DNA of 64,000 nucleotides from Perkinsus olseni (Eukaryota): NCBI GenBank assembly GCA_013115125.1, contig JABANN010000112.1, positions 1 to 64,000 of the forward strand, read 5' to 3'. Shown piece by piece: positions 52,035 to 63,871 of this stretch (position 1 is its first letter; each line of letters starts with the position of its first letter). The notes under the pieces were generated by a model. It saw only the letters and a program-made list of their open reading frames with translations, ran no database searches and was not told where the DNA came from. The position numbers and the translations under genes were made by a program.

Positions 52035-53890
52035 TCACACAAACTCGACCTGAAGGAGTGATAGATTTACACAAAATAAGCGAGCATCAATCCTCGATTC
52101 AGTTGGTCCAGAACCGCACGGAGCTAGACGAATTTTGGAAGACTAGCCAATGACGATTTCAGATCCTTTTCACTAGGACCTATCCCAGAAAATCCGAATG
52201 AGTCCGTAGTCATTCCTCAATGACATGGTAGTTGTATTCAATAACCCTTATTGAATAGCGCGATGACGGAATGATGTGGTATCATCCACAAGAGAGGTGA
52301 ATTACCTGAGCCCCAGTGGACTCCATCTTCTTCTTGATCTCTTCAGCGTGCTCTAAAGGTACGCCTTTCTTGATAACCTGGCATTCACCAGGTGCATGAG
52401 TAGCGCACGAAAACTCATATCGATTAACCGTTTCACAACTACTAACTGTTCTGGGACCCTAGAGGAACATATGTCTATCAAAGAGCTCCAACGGACTGCT
52501 GATGTAATTGGGTAAATTATTCCGCCCCTCCTCGATCTAATACCGTTGGACATCCTTCCACCGCATCCTTCGCCTCCCGAAGGCCAAGCCCAGTGACTGC
52601 TCGGACCTCCTTGATCGTCGTAACCTAACAAATGCCATCTCCCAGATTCGAACCGGAGTCCTTTAGATTACCTTCTTCTCTGTATTGTAACTAACCAACT
52701 TGATTGTCACGACGCTCTTCGCAGGCTCTTTCTTCTTCTCGGCCGGCTTCTCCTCAGCCTCCCCACCTCCCTCCGCCGCTGTCGCTTCCCCTGAAACGCA
52801 TCACACCAACCGTCCCACTCAATTCTTATATTAACAAGGCCAGCTACCGGCAGGAGGCGAGGTCGGCTGCTGAGGAGCCCCGCCAGGCATCGGAGTGCCC
52901 ATCATCATTGGCGAGGGTATCATACCACCACCACCGAACATGGCCCCTGGATGGGGGAAGGGAGATCGGCCAGGGACACCTCCGGACCTGACAGGCCCTC
53001 TACCCCTTCACAACAGCTCATCAGATGATACTGCTATACAGCCTCCACAAGTAGTTGAAGAAAACCCATAGCACAGAACGCGTCGTTCTTGCGAACTATC
53101 ATCGCCATTTATCATGTTACGAAGTGGCGGCTTGCCTCCAAGCCCACCCCGACGTTCTTGAGGAGGGATACAACCCGAGGAGCATTCCTCATGACCAAGC
53201 GTATTCTGCTTGAAACCTAAGGTGTCACTACCTGGCAGCGAGTTTCTCCTGACATAAGTCGCAGAGATCCGCAGCTTCAATAAGCGACAATGACAATATA
53301 TCATCAACCAGTTTAATGACCTAGAAATACCCATCACGGGGTTCGAACCGGATACCATTCGATTACCTTATCAGACGGTTTTCGTTTCTTGGCTTCCCCA
53401 GGCGAAGCATCCATCTTTCCATCTCCCTTATCTTTGATTTTCGCGAAGACGTCAAAGGAAGAGTCCCTGGCCGGCGCCTCAGCGCTGAATGCTCTCACTG
53501 CCGTTAACACGAGCGGAGCCTGAAGGGGATCTATCACCAAGATTCCGCCTGTACACAAGAGCTCCAGTAAAAGCGTTAGCTTTCCCGCTGTTAAAAGTTT
53601 TCCTTATACATCGCGCTGCACACAATCAGTGATTGTACCAATTGGACTACAATCGCCAAGTCTCTCAGCACAAAGGGCGTCAGCCAACGCGCCAAGTTTA
53701 CACACAACACGCTGGCTACACACGATCAACAGACACTCAACGATCACACCGGAAGAAAAGTTGGGAAGAAGTACTTCCTGTGCACAATTTTAACGCATCG
53801 GATGAGTCCCCGCCCGCCTACCTGGTAGTATAACCGCCGAGAAATGGCAAAACAAGACCGACGGATAAGGGCTGTTGAGGAACACATCAT
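52035..53890 (-). CDS. MRPL12: Mitochondrial ribosomal protein bL12 (L7/L12), multi-exon
   Basis: Presequence [89 protein letters not shown]. Confidence 0.88.
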
Positions 53891-55541
53891 GAGAAAAATA
53901 TCAATAGAACATGGAGCAGCATATTAAAACAGACCATAAACGAGATGGTGTCCACCTGTACACGGAAGACTCACTCAATGTCCCGAGGGAGAACCTGGTC
54001 CTACGGACGAGTGCATTCGCCCCACTGACTCAACTAACGCGGAAGAACTTCTTCGTTCCTGGTTACATGTTGTGGTTCATAGTAAAGCATCAGAATAGGT
54101 TGCGATAGGACCTGGAGCGTTCGACTGATTGGAACGAAATGAGTTCCTCTGCCTGAAGTGGATACGAAGCGTCCGAGGTTTAGGTAGTTATCCCAATAGT
54201 AATCCTGAGTAATTTTTCGAGAAGGGTTTAACTATATTGTAGAAGCACGTTGCAGATCCCACTCCCTGCTTTTGGGACTCTTAACACACACGAGAGCCCG
54301 AAGAGATCTCTCTGATCGAGGGCTTATCAGCGAGTACTTTCCTCTTGCCTAGCAAAGATTCCTCAAACATACGCCACATGATGAAGTCACGTCGGTAAAG
54401 CTACCGCACAATGTGAAGCATCCTTTCAGCGTCATCCCACCTTTCGCGCAGAGATCCACGGCACTCCCGAGTCCCTATAGCTAACAGCAATATCTGGGCG
54501 GACTACAAATGAGACCAGCCAGATAGGTGGTAGTGAGAGTAATGAGACCGCGCACAATACACCATACGCACTGTGTGGCATCCAACAGTACTTCAAGACA
54601 AGATCCCGAGTTCGAATCCCAGAAGGCCAATCCCAAATATATTCTTCAGTTCATATTCTACGCGCTGACTACGAACGCGTCTCAGTCGGGTCTCACAACA
54701 GCCTACGTGGCCGCTGCAGGGAAGCTCTGGTGAAGAGCACTCAAACTTCCACACGTTATTCGGCGATTCCGACACGGCGTATAATTAGACAGCATCCCCG
54801 AGCGGCAGGGTTCGGCGGGAGACTTTGAGACAACTGATAGCGGGTCTGTCCGAGAGGCCGGCATCGGAAGACTCCTCACGAAGGAGTGGATTCATACGCG
54901 ATCGAACCTCCCTGTGGCGGGCCTTGATCCGAACGAAGCAGGCCCTGCAAAAGGCGACGGGGTGAACCGCGGCGCCCGGCGGAGCCTCGTTAGAGTGATG
55001 TCACGAGAACCGATTGGTCCAATTAAATCTGATCCGCCCTATATCGTATCTTGCGCGGGCAACTTCGTCAAGCTGCAAACCAAAAATCTTTCTAGGAGAT
55101 TTCAAAAGCAAGAGGAGGGCATACAACGAGTTTCACTCTGTTAATTCGTAACCGTTGAGTATCTAAGCTTCAACCTTGCAGGATACAAAACAGGTCTGAT
55201 CCAATTCCCACTCACTCGGAGGGGCTACTCTAACTGAGAGTTTCTAAGATCGGGATTGGATCAGGTCACTCTAACCCAGTTCACCATAAACCTTCCTTCA
55301 TGCCGGTTCACTCTGAAGCTCGCTCAGGCCATTCTACCACCCGACTGGTCGACATAGTTCCCCATATCCCAAGCCCTCCACTTCGCGGCTCCAACAGGTC
55401 CAACCAAATGATTTCATCGCGAGACACAGCACACACAGCCTCCGTTGAGGAAATGCAAGATTGCAAGTGGTTATCGATAGCTAACTGGCATCGACGGCGA
55501 GAAAGCCTCAAGAGGCATTCAGTGACTTCTCCTCTGCCATA

Positions 55542-57722
55542 ATGAGCAGTGTCACATTAACTAACGTATTTTCTTTCGTGCCACCCGTGGTGGGTCTCTT
55601 GTGGGCCATCAAGGAGTTGGTCTATGTTCGCAGCATCAAGCTCGCCGGTCCCTACAAGGGCAAGAACGGCATGCAGGATTCCCTTGTCGCTGGTGATGCT
55701 CGTGATGTTCAGAAGATCCTCGTCGCCATGCGCGAGATCTCTTCCAACATCGCCGAGGGTGCCAATGCGTTCCTCGTCGCCGAGTACAAGTACATGATGG
55801 TCTACGTTGTTGTCTTCTCGATCATCATCTGGCCCTGCATCGGTCTCGGTACCATGCTCTCTTTCGTCGTGGGTTCCCTCACTTCGATCGCTTGTGGTTA
55901 CATTGGTATGAAGACTGCCGTCTACTGCAACGTTCGTACCGCCCACGAGTGCTGGAAGAGCCTCACCGACGGTTATGACGTCGCTCTCCGCGGTGGCTCC
56001 GTCATGGGTTTCGCCCTTGTGTCCTTGGCTGTCCTCAACTTGGCCATCCTCGTCACCATCTACAACATCCCCTCTCTCTACAACGGTGATCTTCGTGCTC
56101 TTTACGAGGCTCTCACCGGTTACGGTTTGGGTGGTTCTTCCATCGCTCTCTTCGGTCGTGTCGGTGGTGGTATCTACACCAAGGCTGCCGATGTTGGTGC
56201 CGATCTCTCTGGCAAGAACGAGTACGGTCTTGATGAGGATGATCCGAGGAACCCCGGCTGCATCGCCGATAATGTTGGAGACAACGTCGGTGATATCGCC
56301 GGTATGGGTGCCGATTTGTTCGGTTCTTTCGCCGAGTCTACTTGCGCTGCTATGGTTATCTGCTCCGCTGCTCCCGATGCTCTTGTTTCCGGCAGCTGGT
56401 CCACCATGTTGTTCCCCTTGATGGTCTCCTCTGTTGGTATCATCGTTGGTCTCGTCACCATGCTCACCGTTAACATCTTCTACAAGGTTAGGGTGATCGC
56501 TGATATCGAGAAGGCCCTTAAGGGTGTCCTGGTCATCTCCACCTCCTTGCAGACCCCTACCGTCGTTGCCCTCGCTTGGTGGGCTCTTCCCGCTGGCTAC
56601 TTCGCCATCGACGAGGCTCATCCCGCCTGCTCCTGGGTCAAGTGTGCCGTCTGCATTCTCCTCGGTCTTTGGTCCGGTCTTTGCATCGGTTACACTACCG
56701 AGTACTACACTTCTCAGACCTACAGACCCGTGCGTGAGATCGCCGAGTCTGAGGGTGTTTCTGCCGCTACTGGTATCATTTACGGTCTCGCCGCCGGTTA
56801 CGTCTCTTGCATCGTTCCCGTCATCTGCTTGGCTCTCACCATCTGCGTTGCCCATTCCGTCGCCGGTATGTTTGGTGTTGCTCTCGGTGCTCTTGGTATG
56901 CTCGGTACTCTCACCATGTCCCTCACCATCGATGCCTACGGTCCCATCTCGGATAACGCTGGTGGTATCGCTGAGATGTCTGAGTTGGGCCCTGAGGTCA
57001 GGGAGCGCACTGATGCCCTCGATGCCGCTGGTAACACCACCGCTGCCATCGGTAAGGGCTTCGCCATCGGTTCCGCCGCTCTTGTGTCCCTCGCCTTGTT
57101 CGGTGCTTACTGCGTCCGCGCCAACATTTCCAAGGTTAACATTCTCGATCCCTGGACCTTCACCGGTCTTCTCTTCGGTGCTATGATGCCTTATGCCTTC
57201 TCTGCTATGACTATGAAGTCTGTCGGAAAGGCCGCCAACCAGATGGTTGAGGAGTGCATGTCGCAGTTCCCCAAGATCATCTCTGGTGAGATGAAGCCCA
57301 ACTACACCAAGTGCATCAAGATCGCCACCGACGCTTCTCTCATGGAGATGATCGCCCCTGGCTGCTTGGTCATCCTCTCCCCCCTCGTTGCCGGTCTTCT
57401 CTTCGGTAAGAACTGCACTGCCGGTCTCTTGTGTGGTGCTCTTGTCTCTGGTGTCCAGATGGCCATCTCCATGTCTAACACTGGTGGTGCTTGGGATAAC
57501 GCTAAGAAGTTCATCGAAGCCGGGGGTCTTGGTCCCGAGTGCGGCAAGGGTTCTCAGGCTCACAAGAACGCCGTCACTGGTGATACCGTTGGGGACCCGC
57601 TCAAGGATACCTCTGGTCCCGCTATTAACATCGTTATTAAGCTTTCGGCCATCATGTCTCTCGTCTTCGGTGGCGTTATTGCCAAGACTTCCAACGAGAA
57701 CGGTGGTCCTTTCTGGTTGTAA
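55542..57722 (+). CDS. VP1: Vacuolar-type H+-translocating pyrophosphatase, K+-dependent type, copy 1
   Basis: GGGIYTKAADVGADLSGKNE, DNVGDNVGD, EYYT, GNTTAAIGKG (Ala at the K+-dependence site), GDTVGDPLKDTSGP. 726 aa, intronless. Confidence 0.97.
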   Translation: MSSVTLTNVFSFVPPVVGLLWAIKELVYVRSIKLAGPYKGKNGMQDSLVAGDARDVQKILVAMREISSNIAEGANAFLVAEYKYMMVYVVVFSIIIWPCIGLGTMLSFVVGSLTSIACGYIGMKTAVYCNVRTAHECWKSLTDGYDVALRGGSVMGFALVSLAVLNLAILVTIYNIPSLYNGDLRALYEALTGYGLGGSSIALFGRVGGGIYTKAADVGADLSGKNEYGLDEDDPRNPGCIADNVGDNVGDIAGMGADLFGSFAESTCAAMVICSAAPDALVSGSWSTMLFPLMVSSVGIIVGLVTMLTVNIFYKVRVIADIEKALKGVLVISTSLQTPTVVALAWWALPAGYFAIDEAHPACSWVKCAVCILLGLWSGLCIGYTTEYYTSQTYRPVREIAESEGVSAATGIIYGLAAGYVSCIVPVICLALTICVAHSVAGMFGVALGALGMLGTLTMSLTIDAYGPISDNAGGIAEMSELGPEVRERTDALDAAGNTTAAIGKGFAIGSAALVSLALFGAYCVRANISKVNILDPWTFTGLLFGAMMPYAFSAMTMKSVGKAANQMVEECMSQFPKIISGEMKPNYTKCIKIATDASLMEMIAPGCLVILSPLVAGLLFGKNCTAGLLCGALVSGVQMAISMSNTGGAWDNAKKFIEAGGLGPECGKGSQAHKNAVTGDTVGDPLKDTSGPAINIVIKLSAIMSLVFGGVIAKTSNENGGPFWL

Positions 57723-58368
57723 ACGCTGTTCGTATGCATATAGTAAAGCAATAGTACATTTACTTAGTCGCTGTTCCTGCCTTGTTCCTTTCCGATGTGT
57801 GTTCGGGTAGGTAGCCGTACACTTTTCATCGTGGACTCCTTCATGTCGTGTTTGCAGTCGTCAAAAGGTGCCTGTTAAGGCTGAGGGTCACCAAGCTTTC
57901 AGGGAAGGATCGTCCTAGTTTACTAGCCAGATGGTCCACAGAACTCACGGATAGCGGACTCTGCTCATCGCCTGGCTCGAGCACAGAGCTTGCCACAGTG
58001 ATACTCTCAGTTCACTAGTATGGCAGCGGCAAGTTCTTAAACGAACAGAGCATGTTACGCTTGATGTGGAAGAGACATCTGTAACGAGAGAGAAAAAGGA
58101 GCTTACAAAACCATGGACGTAAGAAAGAATAAACTACCTTGGCGTCAGAACTAAAACTGCACTGAGAAAGACAGATTAGCCTTTGCTCATACTGTTCACC
58201 CTTATTGCATGTATGCTGATTATACAGTCCTCCAGTAACGTTGAGAAGGCTAAGGCTGGTCAGCGATTCCACCAGAGCTTCTGTTGTGCATCGCTGCGCA
58301 GCCCAAGATATCATCATGGTGAAGATGGTTAAACCTCACACCGTTTGATCGTCTCATCCGTTTTGCAA

Positions 58369-60540
58369 ATGGCGAGCGTTCTTGCAACCAATTTGCTTGC
58401 TTTTATCCCACCTATACTAGGTGTCCTTTGGGCCCTTAAGGAGGTAACCTATGTTAGCCGTATCAAGCTATCCGGCCCTCCTTCGGGTATCCAAGCCTCG
58501 TTGATGGGCGACGGAAAGAAGGTCGACGTCCAGAAGATTCTCGAGCGCATGCGGGACATTTCGTCGCATATTGCGGAAGGTGCCAATGCGTTCCTCGTCG
58601 CCGAGTACAAGTACATGCTTGTTTATGTTGTTATCTTCTCGATTATCATCGGACCCTGCATCGGTCTCGGTACCATGATTGCCTTCATCGTGGGTTCCCT
58701 CACTTCCATTGCATGTGGCTACATTGGTATGAGGACCGCCGTCTATTGCAACGTTCGTACTACTCATGAATCCTGGAAGAACATTTCCGCTGGTTACGAC
58801 GTTGCTATCCGTGGTGGTTCAGTCATGGGTTTCGCTCTTGTTTCCTTGGGTGTTTTTAATCTTTTCATCTTGGCCTTGATCTACTCCAAGTTCTACGGCA
58901 ATAACGTTATTGCTCTTTATGAGGCTCTCACCGGTTACGGTTTGGGTGGTTCTTCCATCGCTCTCTTCGGTCGTGTCGGTGGTGGTATCTACACCAAGGC
59001 TGCCGATGTTGGTGCCGATCTCTCTGGCAAGAACGAGTACGGTCTTGATGAGGATGATCCGAGGAACCCCGGCTGCATCGCCGATAATGTTGGAGACAAC
59101 GTCGGTGATATCGCCGGTATGGGTGCCGATTTGTTCGGTTCTTTCGCCGAGTCTACTTGCGCCGCCATGGTCATCTGCTCTGCCTCCCCTGAGGTCGCTG
59201 TGCACGGAAGCTGGTCGGCTATGATGTTCCCCTTGCTTCTCTCTTCTGTCGGTATTCTTGTCGGTATTGTGACTTTGATGTCCGTTAATATCTTCTACAA
59301 GGTTCGTGAGATTAAGGATGTTGAGAAGGCTCTTAAGGGCATCCTTATCATCTCCACCACTATTCAGACCCCCGTGGCTATTCTCCTTGCCTGGTGGGCC
59401 CTCCCCAGTGGCCTCTTCGCCATTGACGCCTCTCGTCTCCACTGCACTTGGTGGAAGTGCGCCATCTGCGTCCTTCTCGGTTTGTGGTCTGGTCTCTGCA
59501 TCGGTAACATCACCGAGTATTTCACGTCCGACACTTACAAGCCCGTCCGTAGCATCGCTGATGCCGAAAAAATCTCCGCTGCTACTGGTATCATCATTGG
59601 TCTCGCCAGCGGATACGCTTCGACCGTCATTCCCATCATCTGCTTGGCCATTACGATCTGCGTGGCATTCTCTCTCGCTGGTATGTTCGGTGTTGCTCTC
59701 GGTGCTCTTGGTATGCTCGGTACTCTCACCATGTCCCTCACCATCGATGCCTACGGTCCCATCTCCGATAACGCCGGTGGTATCGCCGAGATGTCCGAGT
59801 TGGGCCCTGAGGTCAGGGAGCGTACCGATGCCCTCGATGCCGCTGGTAACACCACCGCTGCCATCGGTAAGGGCTTCGCCATCGGTTCTGCTGCCCTGGT
59901 GTCCCTCGCCTTGTTCGGTGCTTACTCTGTCAGAGCTGGCATCAACGTTGTTAGTCTTCTCGATCCCTGGACCTTCACCGGTCTTCTTTTCGGTGCTATG
60001 ATGCCTTATGCCTTCTCTGCCATGACTATGAAGTCTGTCGGAAAGGCTGCCAACCAGATGGTTGAGGAGTGCATGTCGCAGTTCCCCAAGATCATCTCCG
60101 GCGAGATGAAGCCCAACTACACCAAGTGCATCAAGATCGCCACCGACGCTTCTCTCATGGAGATGATCGCCCCTGGCTGCTTGGTCATCCTCTCCCCGCT
60201 TGTTGCCGGTCTTCTCTTCGGTAAGAACTGCACTGCCGGTCTTTTGTGCGGCGCTCTCGTCTCTGGTGTCCAGTTGGCCATCTCCATGTCCAACACCGGT
60301 AGCTCCTGGGATAATTCCAAGAAGTTCATCGAGGCCGGGGGTCTTGGTCCCGAGTGCGGCAAGGGTTCTCAGGCTCACAAGAACGCCGTCACTGGTGATA
60401 CCATCGGTGACCCGCTCAAGGATACTTCTGGTCCCGCTATTAACATCGTTATTAAGCTTTCGGCCATCATGTCTCTCGTCTTCGGTGGCGTTATCGCCAA
60501 GACTTCCAACGAGCATGGTGGCCCCTTCTGGCTCAAGTAA
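58369..60540 (+). CDS. VP1: Vacuolar-type H+-translocating pyrophosphatase, K+-dependent type, copy 2
   Basis: Same motifs as copy 1 (EYFT, GNTTAA, GDTIGDPLKD); ATG at 58369. Confidence 0.97.
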   Translation: MASVLATNLLAFIPPILGVLWALKEVTYVSRIKLSGPPSGIQASLMGDGKKVDVQKILERMRDISSHIAEGANAFLVAEYKYMLVYVVIFSIIIGPCIGLGTMIAFIVGSLTSIACGYIGMRTAVYCNVRTTHESWKNISAGYDVAIRGGSVMGFALVSLGVFNLFILALIYSKFYGNNVIALYEALTGYGLGGSSIALFGRVGGGIYTKAADVGADLSGKNEYGLDEDDPRNPGCIADNVGDNVGDIAGMGADLFGSFAESTCAAMVICSASPEVAVHGSWSAMMFPLLLSSVGILVGIVTLMSVNIFYKVREIKDVEKALKGILIISTTIQTPVAILLAWWALPSGLFAIDASRLHCTWWKCAICVLLGLWSGLCIGNITEYFTSDTYKPVRSIADAEKISAATGIIIGLASGYASTVIPIICLAITICVAFSLAGMFGVALGALGMLGTLTMSLTIDAYGPISDNAGGIAEMSELGPEVRERTDALDAAGNTTAAIGKGFAIGSAALVSLALFGAYSVRAGINVVSLLDPWTFTGLLFGAMMPYAFSAMTMKSVGKAANQMVEECMSQFPKIISGEMKPNYTKCIKIATDASLMEMIAPGCLVILSPLVAGLLFGKNCTAGLLCGALVSGVQLAISMSNTGSSWDNSKKFIEAGGLGPECGKGSQAHKNAVTGDTIGDPLKDTSGPAINIVIKLSAIMSLVFGGVIAKTSNEHGGPFWLK

Positions 60541-61409
60541 ATGATGCCAATTCCTCCACAGACTCGATTCCGCATAATATTCGTATACTTTTGTGCGCGG
60601 CTTAGATTAGTGCTTACTTGGCTAGTATTGTTGCGTTAACTCAGTGGGGCGTAGAACATAAGACCGCCCTGAAGGCAAGCCCACCTATCGATCGGTTACT
60701 GCTCGGAAGAACACTCTCAATTGGTGTCGGAGACCAGGGTCGTGACATTGATTAACGACTGAGTCTAAACTGATCTTCTTGGTCGTAAGTTTCGGCGTGG
60801 CATTGCGTAGTAGAGTTGGGTATCGACGACACTATCAACTGCTTGCCAGAACACAGACGAGGCCACCTTTTTGGAGGCGGGCGAGCCCGATGTCGACCAT
60901 CTCGTCCGATTAGTTGCATTGACTGCTCAACTTTCCCATTCTTATGACTTCCATGGCCGTTCTACCTCGTTCAATATCACGGTGAAATTTTCACCCGACT
61001 CATCGGCTTCTGTACACCGAGGACTTCGGTGTGTGTGTGAGTTTAAAGTCCAACGCCGACAGTAGGGCTTAGTTAGACTAGCACCGACGTAGCTTTCTGA
61101 GGGGGATTAGTTCAGGCTCTTCTGATCAAACCAAAGAACGTTGCTCTCAGAGCGTGGTCATCGTCAGCTGGGGAATGTTCTTTCCTCCCGGCAGAATCCG
61201 CTTCCCACAGCTGCGGGGGCTGTGCACGACCACGAAACACTAGCCCATCCCGCAGTGTGTCGAACCACAAGCATCATCTCCGGCACTCGAAAAGTCCATA
61301 CCCTGGCTAAGACTCCCTCTTACCGAAAGCTGACATTCTTACTGGCAGAGGCACGTGAATCTAATATCATCCCCTCGCATTATGAATCGGTAAGACTTCG
61401 GTATACACA

Positions 61410-61441
61410 CGACACCTGAGAGATTCGAACTCTCGCGGGCA
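61410..61441 (-). pseudogene. tRNA 3'-half fragment, Ser-like
   Basis: TGCCCGC-GAGAG-TTCGAAT-CTCTC-AGGTGTC-G has a perfect T arm. No matching 5' half (GACACCT) was found upstream. Confidence 0.6.
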
Positions 61442-61514
61442 TGGCTACTCTCTGCTACCCAATGATAAAGGCGCACTTCTCGATGGCGAAAGGATTTGTA
61501 CACCATTCTCAGTT

Positions 61515-61595
61515 GCCCGATTAGTTCAGCTGGATAGAAAGTCTGCCTAGCAGATGGTCAGCAGATGGTCGTGGGTTCGAATCCTGCATCGGGTA
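61515..61595 (+). pseudogene. Near-complete tRNA-like gene with a disrupted anticodon arm (11-nt tandem duplication)
   Basis: Acceptor stem GCCCGAT/ATCGGGT, D region TAGTTCAGCTGGATAGAA, T-loop GGTTCGAATCC. The anticodon arm reads TCTGCCT-AGCAGATGGTC-AGCAGATGGTC. Confidence 0.75.
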
Positions 61596-62350
61596 TTGTT
61601 TCAGCTCTTCTTGATGCTGCGTCCTTTCTCGGTGGTCAAGGGTCCAGTCCAGGATGCTGGCCTCGCGAGGTCACCACTATATATACGACCGATACCCGAG
61701 TGTAACACAACGACATTTATATATATGATGCCAAGCGGAAGTCGCTAATCTCCAGGTCCACCTCTGCTTTCGCCTGGAGTAAACAAAAGCTATGGCTGTC
61801 CTCTGCTGGCTACTATGTAGCTTCACAGCCGTACACCCCGGCATGCGAAGTCCATTACCCAAGATTCCCAGGCTGGGAAAGATCGCTTGACGTAGGACAT
61901 GACCCGAATTCTCATTCGTTGCCGAGGAACACTACAGAATAGCAGGTGCAGGAGTGAGTGTGGAGCGACGGTTCCGCCTAGCTATCGTATAGTAGGGCGC
62001 ATCGTCTTTGAACACCTCAACAGCGATGGCTGTTTGCTTGCCATCATCCATGAGTCGCTCCCTCGAGTTGTTGACGGAGTCCTTGGGAGTAGTACTGCAT
62101 CCGCACCGAATTCGAGGGTCTTGCCGTGCAGGCCTCCTCGAGCCGGGTTCCGCTTGCTAGCTTCCGTCAGCCGCACGAGAGTTAGATATTCGGGCTCATA
62201 CTGTGTAACAATGTGATTTTCATTTCCCGGTGTCATTTGAGAAGTTCCCTTGTAGCAATCGTGCGTCGGAGCTTTGGCGCGAGCGAAATTGCCGCGCAGA
62301 GGCTGTAGGCTGTGCGCAACGAGCCCCGTAATTTAGAATCGTAGCGGCGC

Positions 62351-62375
62351 TTCATTGTAGCTCAATGGTAGAGCT
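62351..62375 (+). pseudogene. tRNA 5'-half/A-box fragment
   Basis: TAGCTCAATGGTAGAGC forms a D arm; no T arm follows. Confidence 0.45.
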
Positions 62376-62386
62376 AGCATGCTGCT

Positions 62387-63871
62387 AGCGAAAGAAAGAA
62401 CCGTACCAAGTAATGGTTGCGTCAGCCATTATCACGAGCCCTGCACTCCCTGAACGTGGAGGTAGGATACTAGATACCGCTGACTCAACTCAGAGCGGGT
62501 ATGGAGTCAGCTAATTCCAGTGTCCTACTGAACAGTTGCGACAGCCAAGTAGTAGTTGGCGGCAGCCGCTGGCTCCTGCTGCCTGGTAGCTGGCCCTGAC
62601 GCTAATAGGTATTGAACTAGAACAGATCAGAGCCACATACTGTTCACACTCCCAACCTCTACATCACGGGGATTTTGTCTCCGCTTCACAGCGCAACTGA
62701 AACCGACTCCGGTAAAGAAACCATCACATTCACTCAACGCTGGAGGATTCCTCCATTCCTAGAAGCTGCAGTGCTTGGCGTTGCTACAGCATCACGCCAA
62801 CGTCCTCGAGGCGTCCATGGCTGATTCGTAAATGGGCCTCTCGCCGCCTTGCTAGGTCCGCGACCTATCAACCCATCTCCAGAGAAGACGGGGAGCCCTT
62901 TTGGTTCGGAATCTTCCTCTACCATCTCTTGTGCCGCTCGCTCACAGGACGGACACAGCTCAGCACCTTGCGTCGGAGTGCAGCAGATAACGCACGTACC
63001 ACTCTCTCGCGGGATCGCGTCCAGAAGTAGCTCTTGACAGGAGTGGCATATGCCATCGTTCTCGTCTATGCTAGCGTCCACGGGAGATCCACAAGTCACA
63101 CATTTCCTTGTAGATGGTACGTGCTGTCTGAGAGGAGCAACACATTCACGACTCGGAACATATCAAGAAGGTTGAATAACGGTCAAGGCCGATCGGGTCC
63201 GGATAGTTACAAGGCGCACTGAATGGAATGGTAGCGCATGAGAAGCGACTTCGGTGAGACAGTGAACGGTAGCAATCGTGTTGTTGAGAATGATACGATG
63301 CCCTCGTAACGAGGGTCGCGACATATGGCAGCAGCTCAGTCCAGTAGACGGTCTAAAATGCCTGACATGACTAGTGGGAATGCCAGGAAGGGAAGCACCT
63401 CATCATTCGCTGAGCATGCCCTAAGAAACCGAATTTGGCAAGATACGAGCCATCCTCACTTACGTGGCATGCGTGAAAGTCTCTATGGCGGACTTCAATG
63501 CTCTATTGGGGACAACACGTTGGCTTCTCAGTGGAGCGTTGGTGAGGGGATCGATCTTAGGTCTTCTGAAACTCATAATCAATAGTCCTTGGCGCCGATC
63601 ACTGCCATCAGGTGCCAAGCCGAGCGTGCTAATCTTATCATGAGATTCGCGGATGGAGTGGTAGGAGATTCTCATACCACTCCATCCGCTAATCTTCTCC
63701 TCGGGTTCACCATGCAAGCTCCTACCTTTTGAAGGCATTTCTGAGTGCCGAGCGTTCGTAAGTGAAGCCGGTCTCGACTAGCGTGACGGGGTCGGTCATG
63801 AGCTCCTGTGTGATAGGACACTCGAAGGACTCCACCAGCTCCTTCAAAAGGGCCTCATCGTCACCATCCAT
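62387..63871 (-). CDS. U-box E3 ubiquitin ligase with additional CxxC clusters (multi-exon; 3' end uncertain)
   Basis: FECPITQELMTDPVTLVETGFTYERSAL...DPLTNAPL...VPNRALKSAIE is a U-box. A later exon has CVTC, CHSC, CVIC and CPSC. Confidence 0.8.

Noticed and set aside
54602-54629. GATCCCGAGTTCGAATCCCAG B-box-like word and surrounding ORF fragments (53.9-55.1 kb)
   Set aside because: No gene model or intron context could be established; possibly a decayed gene.
55557-60516. Long antisense ORFs (668 and 565 aa) and alternate-frame ORFs over the V-PPase genes
   Set aside because: They mirror a strongly C/T-ending codon bias that avoids TTA, CTA and TCA, and show no domain features.
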